From positions 2,997-66,996 of IMG/VR virus record IMGVR_UViG_3300025127_008281: a stretch of DNA of 64,000 nt; one strand, given 5' to 3'. The stretch comes from a virus. The number at the start of each line of letters is the position of its first letter. Position 1 is the first letter of the stretch. This document shows positions 48,982-58,446 of this stretch, piece by piece. The notes beneath the pieces are model-generated. The model was not told the origin of the DNA and did no database searches. It saw nothing but the letters and a program-made list of their open reading frames with translations. Position numbers and translations under genes: made by a program.

Positions 48982-49928
48982 AGACAGCAAAAGAATTACT
49001 ACAAAAAAAATACAACCTAATTGATATGGATCAGTTTGTATTGGGTGATCGACAACCAAGAGAATTGGAAAATGCGACTGATAAGAAAGTGCCAACGATT
49101 CTATACTCAGAGGAGAACATAGAGTTTCTGCAAGAGAGAGACATCAAAGTGTTCACGGACCTTATAAAACTAAACAAAAACATCTGTGTGTTGGCTCACG
49201 GAGTTAGTAAAAACTTTCCATTCGAATTCATTAATCATTTTGACTTTTGGATACAACTTAGACAAATAAATTCCAAGGCCGAACCAATCACACACGACAT
49301 GACCAAACCCAAAGACTTTTTATTCTTAAGCAGGAGAGAAACTGAACTACGAGGCTTACTACGTGACAAGTTGACGGAAACTGGCTGTCTAAATAACAGC
49401 ATCATTTCATATGACCGTGGTGACAGGGGCATCAAACATCTTGAAAAACAATATGAACACGTGGCTTTCTTTGACAGAAACTTCAAAGCTGACAACTGTC
49501 ATTACAAGCCGGCCATTTGGCAAGTGCTTCCGCAACAGTTTGCCAACACCAAATATTCTATCGTTGCAGAAACAATAGAGACAAATCATGTGCATTGCAT
49601 GAGTGAAAAAATCTTCAAGCCGATCATTGCCGGACACATTTTCATTGCACTTGCAGGGTCAGGTTACCTAAATTATCTAAGACAGTATGGCTTTAAAACA
49701 TTCCATGACTACATAGATGAGTCCTATGACATGGAGACTGATCCCATTAAAAGGGTAGAGAAGATAGTTTTATGTTGTCAGGACATTACATCACGCAACC
49801 ATATTGAACTCTACAAGCAGGTGGCACATATTACCAAACACAATCGTGAACTATTCTTTAATGGGCAACATCTACAAAACTTAAATATCGATATCATTAA
49901 AGAGGTAGAAGAACATTTGAAGACATGA
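48927..49928 (+). CDS. Glycosyltransferase-like protein (TEK..KP / GFKTF..DESYD family)
   Basis: IVAET...SEKIFKPI...GFKTFHDYIDESYD; start uncertain. Confidence 0.55.
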   Translation: MLGIRQKLISRLEGHKLLKTAKELLQKKYNLIDMDQFVLGDRQPRELENATDKKVPTILYSEENIEFLQERDIKVFTDLIKLNKNICVLAHGVSKNFPFEFINHFDFWIQLRQINSKAEPITHDMTKPKDFLFLSRRETELRGLLRDKLTETGCLNNSIISYDRGDRGIKHLEKQYEHVAFFDRNFKADNCHYKPAIWQVLPQQFANTKYSIVAETIETNHVHCMSEKIFKPIIAGHIFIALAGSGYLNYLRQYGFKTFHDYIDESYDMETDPIKRVEKIVLCCQDITSRNHIELYKQVAHITKHNRELFFNGQHLQNLNIDIIKEVEEHLKT

Positions 49929-50416
49929 TAAAAACACAGATCCCAGTCACTTGGACAGAAGAAGATTACCAAAATCTACCTTGGGTGTGTAATAAAATAC
50001 CAACTGAAAAATTCAATGCGACGGTTGATACTACAAACCTTAACGTGGGCGTGTATATGTGCTTTGATGAAAAAATACTTGGGAAATTTTATAAGGCTGT
50101 CGAGCAATTACCATTAAAGAAAAAGGTTGTTGCAGTAAACAAATTGACGCCAGGACAAATTTTGCCATATCACTCAGACAAATATGCAGAATATAAAAGA
50201 CGCAACAACATAAATGATAAAGATCAAAATAAAATAATAAGATATATTGTGTTCTTGCATGACCAGAAGGCTGGCCATCAACTGTGGATTAAAGATCAAA
50301 TCTGCCTTGGTCCTGCCGGTAGTGCCTTTGGCTGGAGTTTCGGCACAGAACACATGGCGGCAAATTTAGGATGGGACGACAGATATATTCTGCAGGTAAC
50401 TGGAATCGATGTTTAG
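49925..50416 (+). CDS. Fe(II)/2OG oxygenase-like cupin
   Basis: PGQILPYHSD ... EHMAANLG...RYILQVTG. Confidence 0.7.
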   Translation: MIKTQIPVTWTEEDYQNLPWVCNKIPTEKFNATVDTTNLNVGVYMCFDEKILGKFYKAVEQLPLKKKVVAVNKLTPGQILPYHSDKYAEYKRRNNINDKDQNKIIRYIVFLHDQKAGHQLWIKDQICLGPAGSAFGWSFGTEHMAANLGWDDRYILQVTGIDV

Positions 50417-51383
50417 CACAAACGAATACAGCAGATTAAGAAAAATTATAGTAGGTGACGCCACAGGATCAAAAATTCCCGACATAGACATCAGTTTAAG
50501 ATGCGTAAATTATTCTGACAAACTTTCCAAAGCGGAGATCCCAAACGCAGGTCCCTATCCTAAGCAAGTCATTGAGGAAGCTAACGAAGATATTGCAATT
50601 TTTATTGATTTTTTAAGAAAACAAAATGTAAGTGTGTATCGTCCAGACAGTGAATTCGAGCCGGCATATTCAAAATTTTGTCCAAGAGATACAATTTTTG
50701 TACACGGAAAAAATTCAATTTTTACACCAATGGCAATTAGATCAAGACAGCAAGAGTGTGATGCTTATAAAAAAATTTTAGCAGATACACAATTAATAAA
50801 AATTAATAGAAACGACTCTTTATACAATAGTAATTGTGTGGGTAATAAAAATATTTTAGCCTTGAATGAAGATGAACCTTGTTTTGACGCCGCAAATGTG
50901 CTAAAGGACAACGATCATGTGTACTATCTCGTTAGTAACAGCGGGAATGCCGCTGGAGCAGACACATTACAAAACATTTTAGGCCAAACTGCTAAGGTAG
51001 AAAAGATTGAAGGTGTGTATTCTTACATGCACCTTGATAGCACCTTGGCGTTTCTGCGTGAAGGACTCCTGCTGGTCAATCCAAGCAGAGTAAAAGACAA
51101 AAGTCAGCTTCCAGAATCATTGCAAAAACACGACATCATTTATGCACCTAAACCTGTGGATATTGGATACCATGGCAATTATTGTAATTCTAGTGCATGG
51201 ATAAATGTCAATCTTTTATCGATAGATCAGAAATTGGTTGTATTGGAAGAAAATCAACATAACCTTAGAAAAATTTTAGAACAACACGGGATAGAATGTG
51301 CCATGTTACCGATGAGGCATGCCAGAACATTAGGCGGCTGTTTTCATTGTGTTACAATAGACCTAGAAAGAGATAATGTATAA
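50409..51383 (+). CDS. Amidinotransferase (Gly/inosamine-phosphate amidinotransferase family)
   Basis: CPRD, FDAAN, MHLDST, LGGCFHCVT. Confidence 0.88.
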   Translation: MFSTNEYSRLRKIIVGDATGSKIPDIDISLRCVNYSDKLSKAEIPNAGPYPKQVIEEANEDIAIFIDFLRKQNVSVYRPDSEFEPAYSKFCPRDTIFVHGKNSIFTPMAIRSRQQECDAYKKILADTQLIKINRNDSLYNSNCVGNKNILALNEDEPCFDAANVLKDNDHVYYLVSNSGNAAGADTLQNILGQTAKVEKIEGVYSYMHLDSTLAFLREGLLLVNPSRVKDKSQLPESLQKHDIIYAPKPVDIGYHGNYCNSSAWINVNLLSIDQKLVVLEENQHNLRKILEQHGIECAMLPMRHARTLGGCFHCVTIDLERDNV

Positions 51384-52464
51384 AGTCACACATCAATGGA
51401 ATAAACTAAAAACCTGCGTGGTTGGCAGTGCCTACCCTCCGGAAATTTTTCAATTCATCAAGGACAAACAGTTAAGAAATAGTTTTGAAAAATTAGCAAT
51501 TGAAACAGAGGAAGACATACAGAAACTTGTTATTTTATTACAACAGTTTGGCATAGAAGTGATAAGACCAACGATGCCAAATGAGTTTGAGAAGTTTAAG
51601 GTAGCAAATGGTTATATTGCTCCACCAATATCAGCCAGAGATTTTATGTGTATGATAGATAATAAACTCTATTATCCTGGTTTGCCTAATGTTAATCATG
51701 CTTGGATGGAATTCAGCGACAAATACAATATAGAGAAGAAGACTAACCTATCTCAGAACAAAGATTGGCTAAATTTCCAGAAGCAGGACAAATATATTTT
51801 TGACAAGAAGCGAAGTTTTTATAACGACATATTCACTTTGGCTCTGCAAAAGGGCAATGAAGTAATTGCCAGTCCTATCGATTATATGAACTCTAGTTTT
51901 ATCACACGTCTAGGAAAAAAAATGATTGTTGGTACGCAAAATTATCATGACGACAAAAAGTCTATAAAGAAAACCTTTGACGAAATGTTTCCTCACAAAG
52001 AGATTCATGTTGCATCCAGTGAAGGACACTCCGATGGATGTTTCGCTCCAATCAACGAAGGTTTGGTCATAAGTGCCTATGAGGCAATCGATTATAAAAA
52101 AACTTTTCCAAATGCGGAAGTGGTCACGGTGCCACCTGATGTCACTTTGAAGAATGATAAATTTAAAAAACAGATATTGACTGCAGAACACAAATGGTTT
52201 CTCGAAGGTATGGAACACAACAACGACCTAGTAGGAATGGTGGACCATTACTTCAACAACTGGATAGGAAATGTGAATGAGACTGCATTCATGGTAAACA
52301 TTCTAATGCTAGATAATAAGAACGCTCTATGTAGCACAGATAACAAACAAGTAAGGAAAGCAATGAAAAGGCACGGTGTCGAACTACACGTGACACCGTT
52401 TAAACACAAATGGTTTTGGGACTGCGGCATACATTGCCTAACACAGGACTTGGATAGGGAGTAA
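51376..52464 (+). CDS. Second amidinotransferase-fold protein
   Basis: SARD, GHSDG, FWDCGIHCLT.DL.R. Confidence 0.78.
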   Translation: MYKVTHQWNKLKTCVVGSAYPPEIFQFIKDKQLRNSFEKLAIETEEDIQKLVILLQQFGIEVIRPTMPNEFEKFKVANGYIAPPISARDFMCMIDNKLYYPGLPNVNHAWMEFSDKYNIEKKTNLSQNKDWLNFQKQDKYIFDKKRSFYNDIFTLALQKGNEVIASPIDYMNSSFITRLGKKMIVGTQNYHDDKKSIKKTFDEMFPHKEIHVASSEGHSDGCFAPINEGLVISAYEAIDYKKTFPNAEVVTVPPDVTLKNDKFKKQILTAEHKWFLEGMEHNNDLVGMVDHYFNNWIGNVNETAFMVNILMLDNKNALCSTDNKQVRKAMKRHGVELHVTPFKHKWFWDCGIHCLTQDLDRE

Positions 52465-52465
52465 C

Positions 52466-53059
52466 ATGAATTCTATAGAAAAGTTTGAGTATGACCTTGC
52501 AAAATATTTCAACTCACCATTTGCGGTGTCTACCGACAGTTGTACCCATGCAATAGAATTATGTTTAAGGCTTGTTCGACCTAAACACAAGATCACAGTT
52601 CCTAGCAGGACATATATTAGTGTTCCATTTACTTTGATCAAATTGAATTTGGATTGGGAATTCAAAGATATTGATTGGAAGGACTACTACTACCTTGCTG
52701 GCACTAATATAATAGATGCCGCGGTATATTTTGAGAAAGATTCCTATGTGGAAAACAGTTTGATGTGTTTGAGTTTCCAACATAGAAAGGCATTGAGTCT
52801 AGGACGTGGTGGAGCCATCTTATGTTCAAAAAAACAGGATTATGATCTGCTAAAGAAAATGGCCTGGGATGGTAGGGATCACAATAGGTTATGGAAGGAG
52901 CAAGATATTGATGTTGTTGGCTATCATTATTACATGACTCCAGAAACTGCTGAGCTAGGATCTAAAAAATTAAAAGGTGTTATACCTAAAGCAAGACAAG
53001 GCAGTGCAAACTATCCTTATCTGCCTCAAATGAAAGTTTTCAAAAAAAAATTAAAATAA
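52466..53059 (+). CDS. Short DegT/DnrJ/StrS-family PLP aminotransferase
   Basis: DSCTHAIEL, IIDAA, LSFQHRKAL..GRGG, GYHYYM; lacks the usual C-terminal domain. Confidence 0.82.
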   Translation: MNSIEKFEYDLAKYFNSPFAVSTDSCTHAIELCLRLVRPKHKITVPSRTYISVPFTLIKLNLDWEFKDIDWKDYYYLAGTNIIDAAVYFEKDSYVENSLMCLSFQHRKALSLGRGGAILCSKKQDYDLLKKMAWDGRDHNRLWKEQDIDVVGYHYYMTPETAELGSKKLKGVIPKARQGSANYPYLPQMKVFKKKLK

Positions 53060-53401
53060 GTGGTCGTCGGATTGTTTGATCTTGATTTCCACTGCACCTT
53101 TTTGAAGATGCGAAGCAGTTTCCGTCTGTAGAGCATCAAGAGCCGAATGCCAATTCTGAGCATTACCAACGGGTTCAGCATTGAATTGCACTGTAACTTT
53201 TAATTGTGTTGCGTTGCCATCGTCATCATTAACAACTGCCCATTGTACTTGTGAACACCATTTTTCAAATTCAGCCAATTCATTTGCAGTGTAATAGAAA
53301 TTCTTAGCATCGTTAATATTTGAGAAAGTTTGTGGCGTGTAACTTTCATGCTTAGATTCCTGATAACTAATTTTTGTTTGTTTGTTTATGTGTATCGTCA
53401 T
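53051..53401 (-). CDS. Hypothetical protein
   Basis: GGAG RBS; TAAATA upstream. Confidence 0.65.
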   Translation of the reverse strand: MTIHINKQTKISYQESKHESYTPQTFSNINDAKNFYYTANELAEFEKWCSQVQWAVVNDDDGNATQLKVTVQFNAEPVGNAQNWHSALDALQTETASHLQKGAVEIKIKQSDDHLF

Positions 53402-53429
53402 TCTTAATATGCTCCAAATTAATTAAGCA

Positions 53430-54584
53430 CTAGTATTTACCATAATAAACCACATTTTGAGCTTTGGGATAGGTCCTCCATGGATCAAAGATGATTGTTT
53501 GATTATCTGCTGTTATTTGATCTGTTTCATGTACTCTTACAATCACCTGCACTGGATTGTCAAACCCATTTACTATTTGTCCCCCATGCATTTTTACATA
53601 GTGTTGCACTAAAAGACTGTATGATCCGTCTGTCAGGTCTGTGTGCGGTTTGTAGGAATCGCTAGTGAAAAATACATTTGTGCCGTGTTTAAGGATTGCT
53701 TTAGCCATATTTTCTGCTTGTAATTCTCTTGCTGTCATGATTGAATCAAAAAGATCATATCCCAATCCTAGTTCTTTCGCTAACCATCTTAGGGCAATGT
53801 TATCCCTTGGATGGCAACTGCCTCCATCGCCCATACCGGCTTTCATATATTTTGAACTGACTATCCTTTGAGTGCTCTGTCCCAATGCATTGGTTACATT
53901 ATCAACATTCATGTTGCCCAACTTAACAGCAACATCTTGTATCATGTTGACCAAGGCAATTTTATTACTGATAAAGGTGTTATAGAAGATCTTCATTGCT
54001 TCGACATCTTCCCATGTTCCAAATTCAATTCGAGGCATGTTATCACATACCTGTATGTAAAAAGCTTCTAGCTGTTTAGCCTTTTCGGCAGTCTCGTAAA
54101 CACCCTTCCTGGTGCCTATCATGATCATTTCTGGATTAAGCATGTCCCATGCAACTGTGCCCATTGCAATTAGATAAGGATTATAAATCAACTTGACATT
54201 GCTAACCAATGGTGCCAACTCACGTCTCACGGTGCCGGGCAACACGGTCGATATGAGAACCAAAGTTTGTTTGGACTGCATGTGTTTATTGCATTTGGCC
54301 AATACATTTTTTACGGACTCATAGTCAAAGTCCTTTGGTTCTTTGTCACTAATTGGAGTTCTTCCATCATATCCCGGTTCGTGTGGAGTAGGCGTTGCAA
54401 CAAAAACAATATCACGATCCTTAACTAGGTCCGCGATTGACACACGTATCTTTATCTTTTGGCTGGACTTTGGCACGATGTCATATCCTGCCACATCAAA
54501 TCCTTTGTCGCTTATTGCCTCAGCACAAGGCATGCCTAATTTACCAAGACCGATGAATCCTATCTTTTCTTTATACGTTGACAT
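53430..54584 (-). CDS. UDP-glucose/GDP-mannose dehydrogenase family protein
   Basis: GLGKLG, ATPTP, STVLPGT, MKIFYN, GDGGSCHPRD. Confidence 0.92.
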   Translation of the reverse strand: MSTYKEKIGFIGLGKLGMPCAEAISDKGFDVAGYDIVPKSSQKIKIRVSIADLVKDRDIVFVATPTPHEPGYDGRTPISDKEPKDFDYESVKNVLAKCNKHMQSKQTLVLISTVLPGTVRRELAPLVSNVKLIYNPYLIAMGTVAWDMLNPEMIMIGTRKGVYETAEKAKQLEAFYIQVCDNMPRIEFGTWEDVEAMKIFYNTFISNKIALVNMIQDVAVKLGNMNVDNVTNALGQSTQRIVSSKYMKAGMGDGGSCHPRDNIALRWLAKELGLGYDLFDSIMTARELQAENMAKAILKHGTNVFFTSDSYKPHTDLTDGSYSLLVQHYVKMHGGQIVNGFDNPVQVIVRVHETDQITADNQTIIFDPWRTYPKAQNVVYYGKY

Positions 54585-54604
54585 TTATACTAATTATGGC
54601 TTGT

Positions 54605-55627
54605 TTAGTTAATATCAAAAACTTTCTTTATCTTATCTTGACTAAGGCTTTTAAAAACTTCATAATTGTTTTCGAGTATTTTCTGCATTTCATCAGACCA
54701 ATACATATCTATCAAAACATCTAGATCCATTTTATGAATTATATCTATTTGTTTTTGCATCATGTGAATCCTATCCACATTATCATACTTGTCATAACTT
54801 TCGTTCCAGAATTTTCCAAAGGTCTGAAAGCCCAGCCTACGGATGTTTGTTAGATAGTTCTTTGGCCCAAAGACTAAAAATGGAGTTTTGGTTAGCCAAC
54901 ACCTTGCACTTTTTTCTGTGAAAGCAAAAGTCTGCCCGTTATGAACAGTCTCACAAACTACATCACAAAAGAATTTATTATACCAAGATGCCAAGTCGTA
55001 CGCCTCTGTAAAATTTATATACCCAGTGTTCGTGTTATCTTGTTTGTCATCGCTTTTCAAATGTATGGGCAATGCTTTGATAAACTCAGATACCTGATCA
55101 ATGAATTTAGAATCTATACCTTTCTGCATGTGATTTTTATACAGTTCATCCAGATACAGATAACACGGCTGTTTTGTATCTTTGAGATTCTGCCAGTATG
55201 TTATTAGAGAGTCATCCTTATAGTTGGCATGTATGTAACTGGCAAGTGATAACCTTGGCCACCTACTACCTCCAACCAGTATTGCTGTTTTGTAAACAAT
55301 TTTTTTGTCAGATCTAAAAGCAATATCTTGTCCGTGAAATACATCCACACTGCGGTAACATCGTTTAATGTTTGGCCAGCAATCTGACTGCACAAGGTTC
55401 TCAATTTCAATTAATATTTTGTTGTGCGGATATGCAAATTTGTCACAGAGTCTTTTCAATAAGTCGAGAAAGGGTTCTTTTCCCAACATTACATAGGCAA
55501 GATCTGGAGACTCGTCTATGAAAAGGAATGTGTCTTTATTGTTTGAAATACAGTCGACCACATGTGTCAAGGTTGCAGAAACATTTTGCACTTTGTCATT
55601 ATGCACTACAACATTGAATCTATCCAT
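54605..55627 (-). CDS. Glycosyltransferase-like protein (TEK / GFQTF..ESYD family)
   Basis: VVCET...FTEK...GFQTFGKFWNESYD. Confidence 0.55.
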   Translation of the reverse strand: MDRFNVVVHNDKVQNVSATLTHVVDCISNNKDTFLFIDESPDLAYVMLGKEPFLDLLKRLCDKFAYPHNKILIEIENLVQSDCWPNIKRCYRSVDVFHGQDIAFRSDKKIVYKTAILVGGSRWPRLSLASYIHANYKDDSLITYWQNLKDTKQPCYLYLDELYKNHMQKGIDSKFIDQVSEFIKALPIHLKSDDKQDNTNTGYINFTEAYDLASWYNKFFCDVVCETVHNGQTFAFTEKSARCWLTKTPFLVFGPKNYLTNIRRLGFQTFGKFWNESYDKYDNVDRIHMMQKQIDIIHKMDLDVLIDMYWSDEMQKILENNYEVFKSLSQDKIKKVFDIN

Positions 55628-55681
55628 AATGATAGTTATGGCTCGCTATTGGCTCGCTATTAGGTCTTTGAATTTTTTGGA

Positions 55682-55918
55682 TTATCTGGAGTAATCTGGC
55701 AAAGGCCCACCGTACTTCTGGCCCTTGATCCTCTTGCCGGCCACTTTCATTGTCTTACCGCCGACCTTCTCATTTCTGTTGCCGGTCCTACGCATCTTGC
55801 CTTGAGATTTGCAACTACTGACCCAGGATGCAGGCAGTGTGGACATTGGCTTGGAACAAACGCCCTTAGGTGCAGGGCCTATGTTTTCATCTGTGTTGTA
55901 TATTTCATGGATCTTCAT
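55682..55918 (-). CDS. Small basic late protein
   Basis: MKIHEI start 6 nt after TAAATA; K/R/G-rich. Confidence 0.7.
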   Translation of the reverse strand: MKIHEIYNTDENIGPAPKGVCSKPMSTLPASWVSSCKSQGKMRRTGNRNEKVGGKTMKVAGKRIKGQKYGGPLPDYSR

Positions 55919-55982
55919 TGTACATATTTAACTGATACACAGAAGTTGATCTTGTTAAAATGTAGCACCCTGTAACATAATG

Positions 55983-56073
55983 TTATCAGTTTATCAGTTC
56001 CTTAAGCCTAAGCATCAGCATACTTTAAGCATAAGCATTAGTTAAGATATGTTTAAGCATCAGCACATCAGCA
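55983..56073. repeat. Cluster of short direct repeats
   Basis: TTATCAGT x2, TAAGCATCAGCA at 56009 and 56054, TAAGCAT at 56026 and 56032, CATCAGCA at 56066. Confidence 0.7.
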
Positions 56074-56087
56074 CGGTAAATATCGTT

Positions 56088-56612
56088 ATGAAGATCACGG
56101 AACTTTTGAATACGCCAAAAAAATCACATGATACTACATCTAGTGGCACTATATATAGTATCGAGTCGGAACCCCAGGCACAAGATATAGTATCACAAGA
56201 CCATGTGCCACAAAAAATCGTGGCGGAGCAGGTTGACGGCAGGATTTTGGAGATGCCGGATCATTCGGCCATCGCGGAAGGAGTCAGCCAAATCTTCAGA
56301 AGGCAGAAAGGTGGAAGGCCCACCAAAGGATTCAGATGCACCTCAGGCCCTCGGAAAGGCCGTATAGTTGCCAAGCCAAGCACCTGTTTCCAGAAGACTG
56401 ATCCTGTTCGTTCTGCCAAGATCAGAAAGAAGAGACAGCAGAAGGCAAGGATAGCCGGCAAGAAATTGGCACAGACCAAAAGGTCGGGAGCAGGCGCAAG
56501 GAGACTGGCAGGAGTTCAGATCAAGAAAAGAAAAGGCACTCAACCCAAGCTGGGTGGAGCAAGGACAGGCTCAAGGCCATTGATGAAATCCAGAACGGTC
56601 AAGGCTAGATAG
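56088..56612 (+). CDS. Basic late protein
   Basis: MKITELL start 5 nt after TAAATA; FRCTSGPRKGRIVAKPSTC; K/R-rich tail. Confidence 0.75.
   Translation: MKITELLNTPKKSHDTTSSGTIYSIESEPQAQDIVSQDHVPQKIVAEQVDGRILEMPDHSAIAEGVSQIFRRQKGGRPTKGFRCTSGPRKGRIVAKPSTCFQKTDPVRSAKIRKKRQQKARIAGKKLAQTKRSGAGARRLAGVQIKKRKGTQPKLGGARTGSRPLMKSRTVKAR
56131..56208. promoter_or_regulatory. Four NrdR-box-like palindromes inside a CDS
   Basis: atactacatctagtgg (56131), gcactatatatagtat (56146), gcacaagatatagtat (56178), tcacaagaccatgtgc (56193, weak); 56146 to 56178 is 32 bp. Confidence 0.6.
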
Positions 56613-57777
56613 AATCAAAATAGTCTTTTAATTTTTTCCAAAGATCAAACTTGTGTCTTCCTATCTTTGATAGTAGGATTTTTTGGTTGTGTTCACATAT
56701 ATCTCTAGATTGATCATAGAATTGTTTGGCATTGGTCATATCCAATTTGGATAGCAGGTCGGCAATGGCTTCGGCCCTTTGCTGATGTCCACTCAGTCTA
56801 TCATAAGATTCGTCAATAAGGCTATTAAATGTTTTAAATCCAATGCGTCTTAGATTCTCGAGATAATGCTTATTGCCTACAACCACAAAAGGATGTTTCA
56901 TAAGTATTGGTTTACAAATTTTTTCAGTCACATAGAAACTATCATCATTATCTTGTCCTCCATAGGTTTCACACACCACCTCAAAGCAGGATTTTTTATA
57001 ATAATCCAACATCGGCACCTGGCACGACCTACCGCCAATCGAATCCAACCACTTTGATGGAAAATAGTCATAGGGGTCCTGATGAACAGGTTGCCCGTCG
57101 TGTCCCCCGGTTGTTCTGATGAATGCTTGATCAATGAATGGGCGATCCTTGATGGCATCATAGAATGATTGTCTATGCTCTCTCCCAGTTTCATGAAATC
57201 TTATCAAACTGAAAAAAGTATGTCGAGGATCGTGACCGGTCTGCAGATGATAAATGTGTGATGTCCAGAAAAATCTTTCGAACCAATGGCTGGTCTCCAC
57301 AAATCTCCAGTTGGGAAATCTCTTTTTGAAATAATTTCCAGCTGATCCGTTTATGAAAATATCTAGTTGAAGTTTTTGGATGGCATCGAAATGTTTTGGG
57401 CCAAACCCATCAAATCTTATACCATAGTGATCCTTTGAATCATGTTCAAATTTATACTTTACGGCCTTAAGACTATATTGGAAATTGAACAATGGATCTT
57501 CACTTGAATTGATGATCACTTTGATTTTATTAGTCTGACACATCTGCCTGAAGTTGGTATGTGGTGAACTTTCAACCATTAATCTTTCCAGTGTTTTCCA
57601 TTTGATTATCAACAAAATTGGCTCTTCTCCAGAGGCCTTATGTCTTATCACATTAATCAACGGCTCGGTTACAGACAGATCAAGTCTCTGAAAATCAATT
57701 TGACAGACATCCAGGTATTCACTCAACATATCCTTGACATCAAAATCGACAATTATTTGGTATTTCTGGTCAATCAT
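56605..57777 (-). CDS. Glycosyltransferase-like protein (TEK..KP / GFKTF..DESYD family)
   Basis: VVCET...VTEKICKPI...GFKTFNSLIDESYD. Confidence 0.55.
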   Translation of the reverse strand: MIDQKYQIIVDFDVKDMLSEYLDVCQIDFQRLDLSVTEPLINVIRHKASGEEPILLIIKWKTLERLMVESSPHTNFRQMCQTNKIKVIINSSEDPLFNFQYSLKAVKYKFEHDSKDHYGIRFDGFGPKHFDAIQKLQLDIFINGSAGNYFKKRFPNWRFVETSHWFERFFWTSHIYHLQTGHDPRHTFFSLIRFHETGREHRQSFYDAIKDRPFIDQAFIRTTGGHDGQPVHQDPYDYFPSKWLDSIGGRSCQVPMLDYYKKSCFEVVCETYGGQDNDDSFYVTEKICKPILMKHPFVVVGNKHYLENLRRIGFKTFNSLIDESYDRLSGHQQRAEAIADLLSKLDMTNAKQFYDQSRDICEHNQKILLSKIGRHKFDLWKKLKDYFDSI

Positions 57778-57794
57778 TATAGGAAAAATACTTA

Positions 57795-57842
57795 CCGCTA
57801 GATCTTGTAGTTGATCTCATGACCTGGCACTAGATCCTGTAG
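57795..57842. promoter_or_regulatory. Tandem NrdR-box-like pair
   Basis: ccgctagatcttgtag (57795) and gcactagatcctgtag (57827), 32 bp apart. Confidence 0.6.
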
Positions 57843-57909
57843 GCAAAAAAGTCGCAAGATCATTGGCTTTTTTGGTCGGCTTTATATATAGGCTTTTTTT
57901 GGCTCGAGG

Positions 57910-57937
57910 TTGACGGGTATAGGTTCCATGTTAATAT
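57910..57937 (+). promoter_or_regulatory. Sigma70-type early promoter
   Basis: TTGACG-16 bp-TAATAT with TG extension, then AAAGGAGTTGAA leader. Confidence 0.7.
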
Positions 57938-57968
57938 GAATTATGAACAAAGGAGTTGAAAAAATATT

Positions 57969-58226
57969 ATGATAAGTGGATTACAGACAAAAGACATCGA
58001 GCAGATCTATGATGAGATGACAGATGCCTATACCAAAGGTGACTACCTCGAAGGCGTCACACAATGGGGAGATGATGCTTTGATGTCACCTAAAACATTC
58101 GCCGAAAGATTCCATAATGTATGTTTAGGATTTGGATATCGTGAGGCAGAGATAATTCCTGCCAAGCTGGAGATTGAAGATTGGTGCCGAGAGCATCTAC
58201 TTCATCTAGAAAGTAAGTTCAGATGA
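57969..58226 (+). CDS. Early hypothetical protein
   Basis: First gene after the promoter and RBS. Confidence 0.7.
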   Translation: MISGLQTKDIEQIYDEMTDAYTKGDYLEGVTQWGDDALMSPKTFAERFHNVCLGFGYREAEIIPAKLEIEDWCREHLLHLESKFR

Positions 58227-58320
58227 AACAAATGATAGAGAAGTTTAATGTATGGTCTTTGTATTACAGAACCGAGATTGTATATTTTATAGGTGGATTT
58301 ATCATCGGAGCAATATTGAT

Positions 58321-58446
58321 ATGAAAAATAAAAAATACAAATTAACAAAAAAGGATTGGTTGATCCTATTAGACTTTTGGCCATTGTCAATAATGACACC
58401 GGTCATGTTGATTCTGATATTGTTAGGGCCAATTATAATGCAATGA
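58321..58446 (+). CDS. Small membrane protein
   Basis: MKNKKYKL...DFWPLSIMTPVMLILILLGP; start inferred. Confidence 0.5.
   Translation: MKNKKYKLTKKDWLILLDFWPLSIMTPVMLILILLGPIIMQ

Noticed and set aside
55640-55661. GGCTCGCTATT tandem duplication
   Set aside because: Only two 11-bp copies; no evidence of function.
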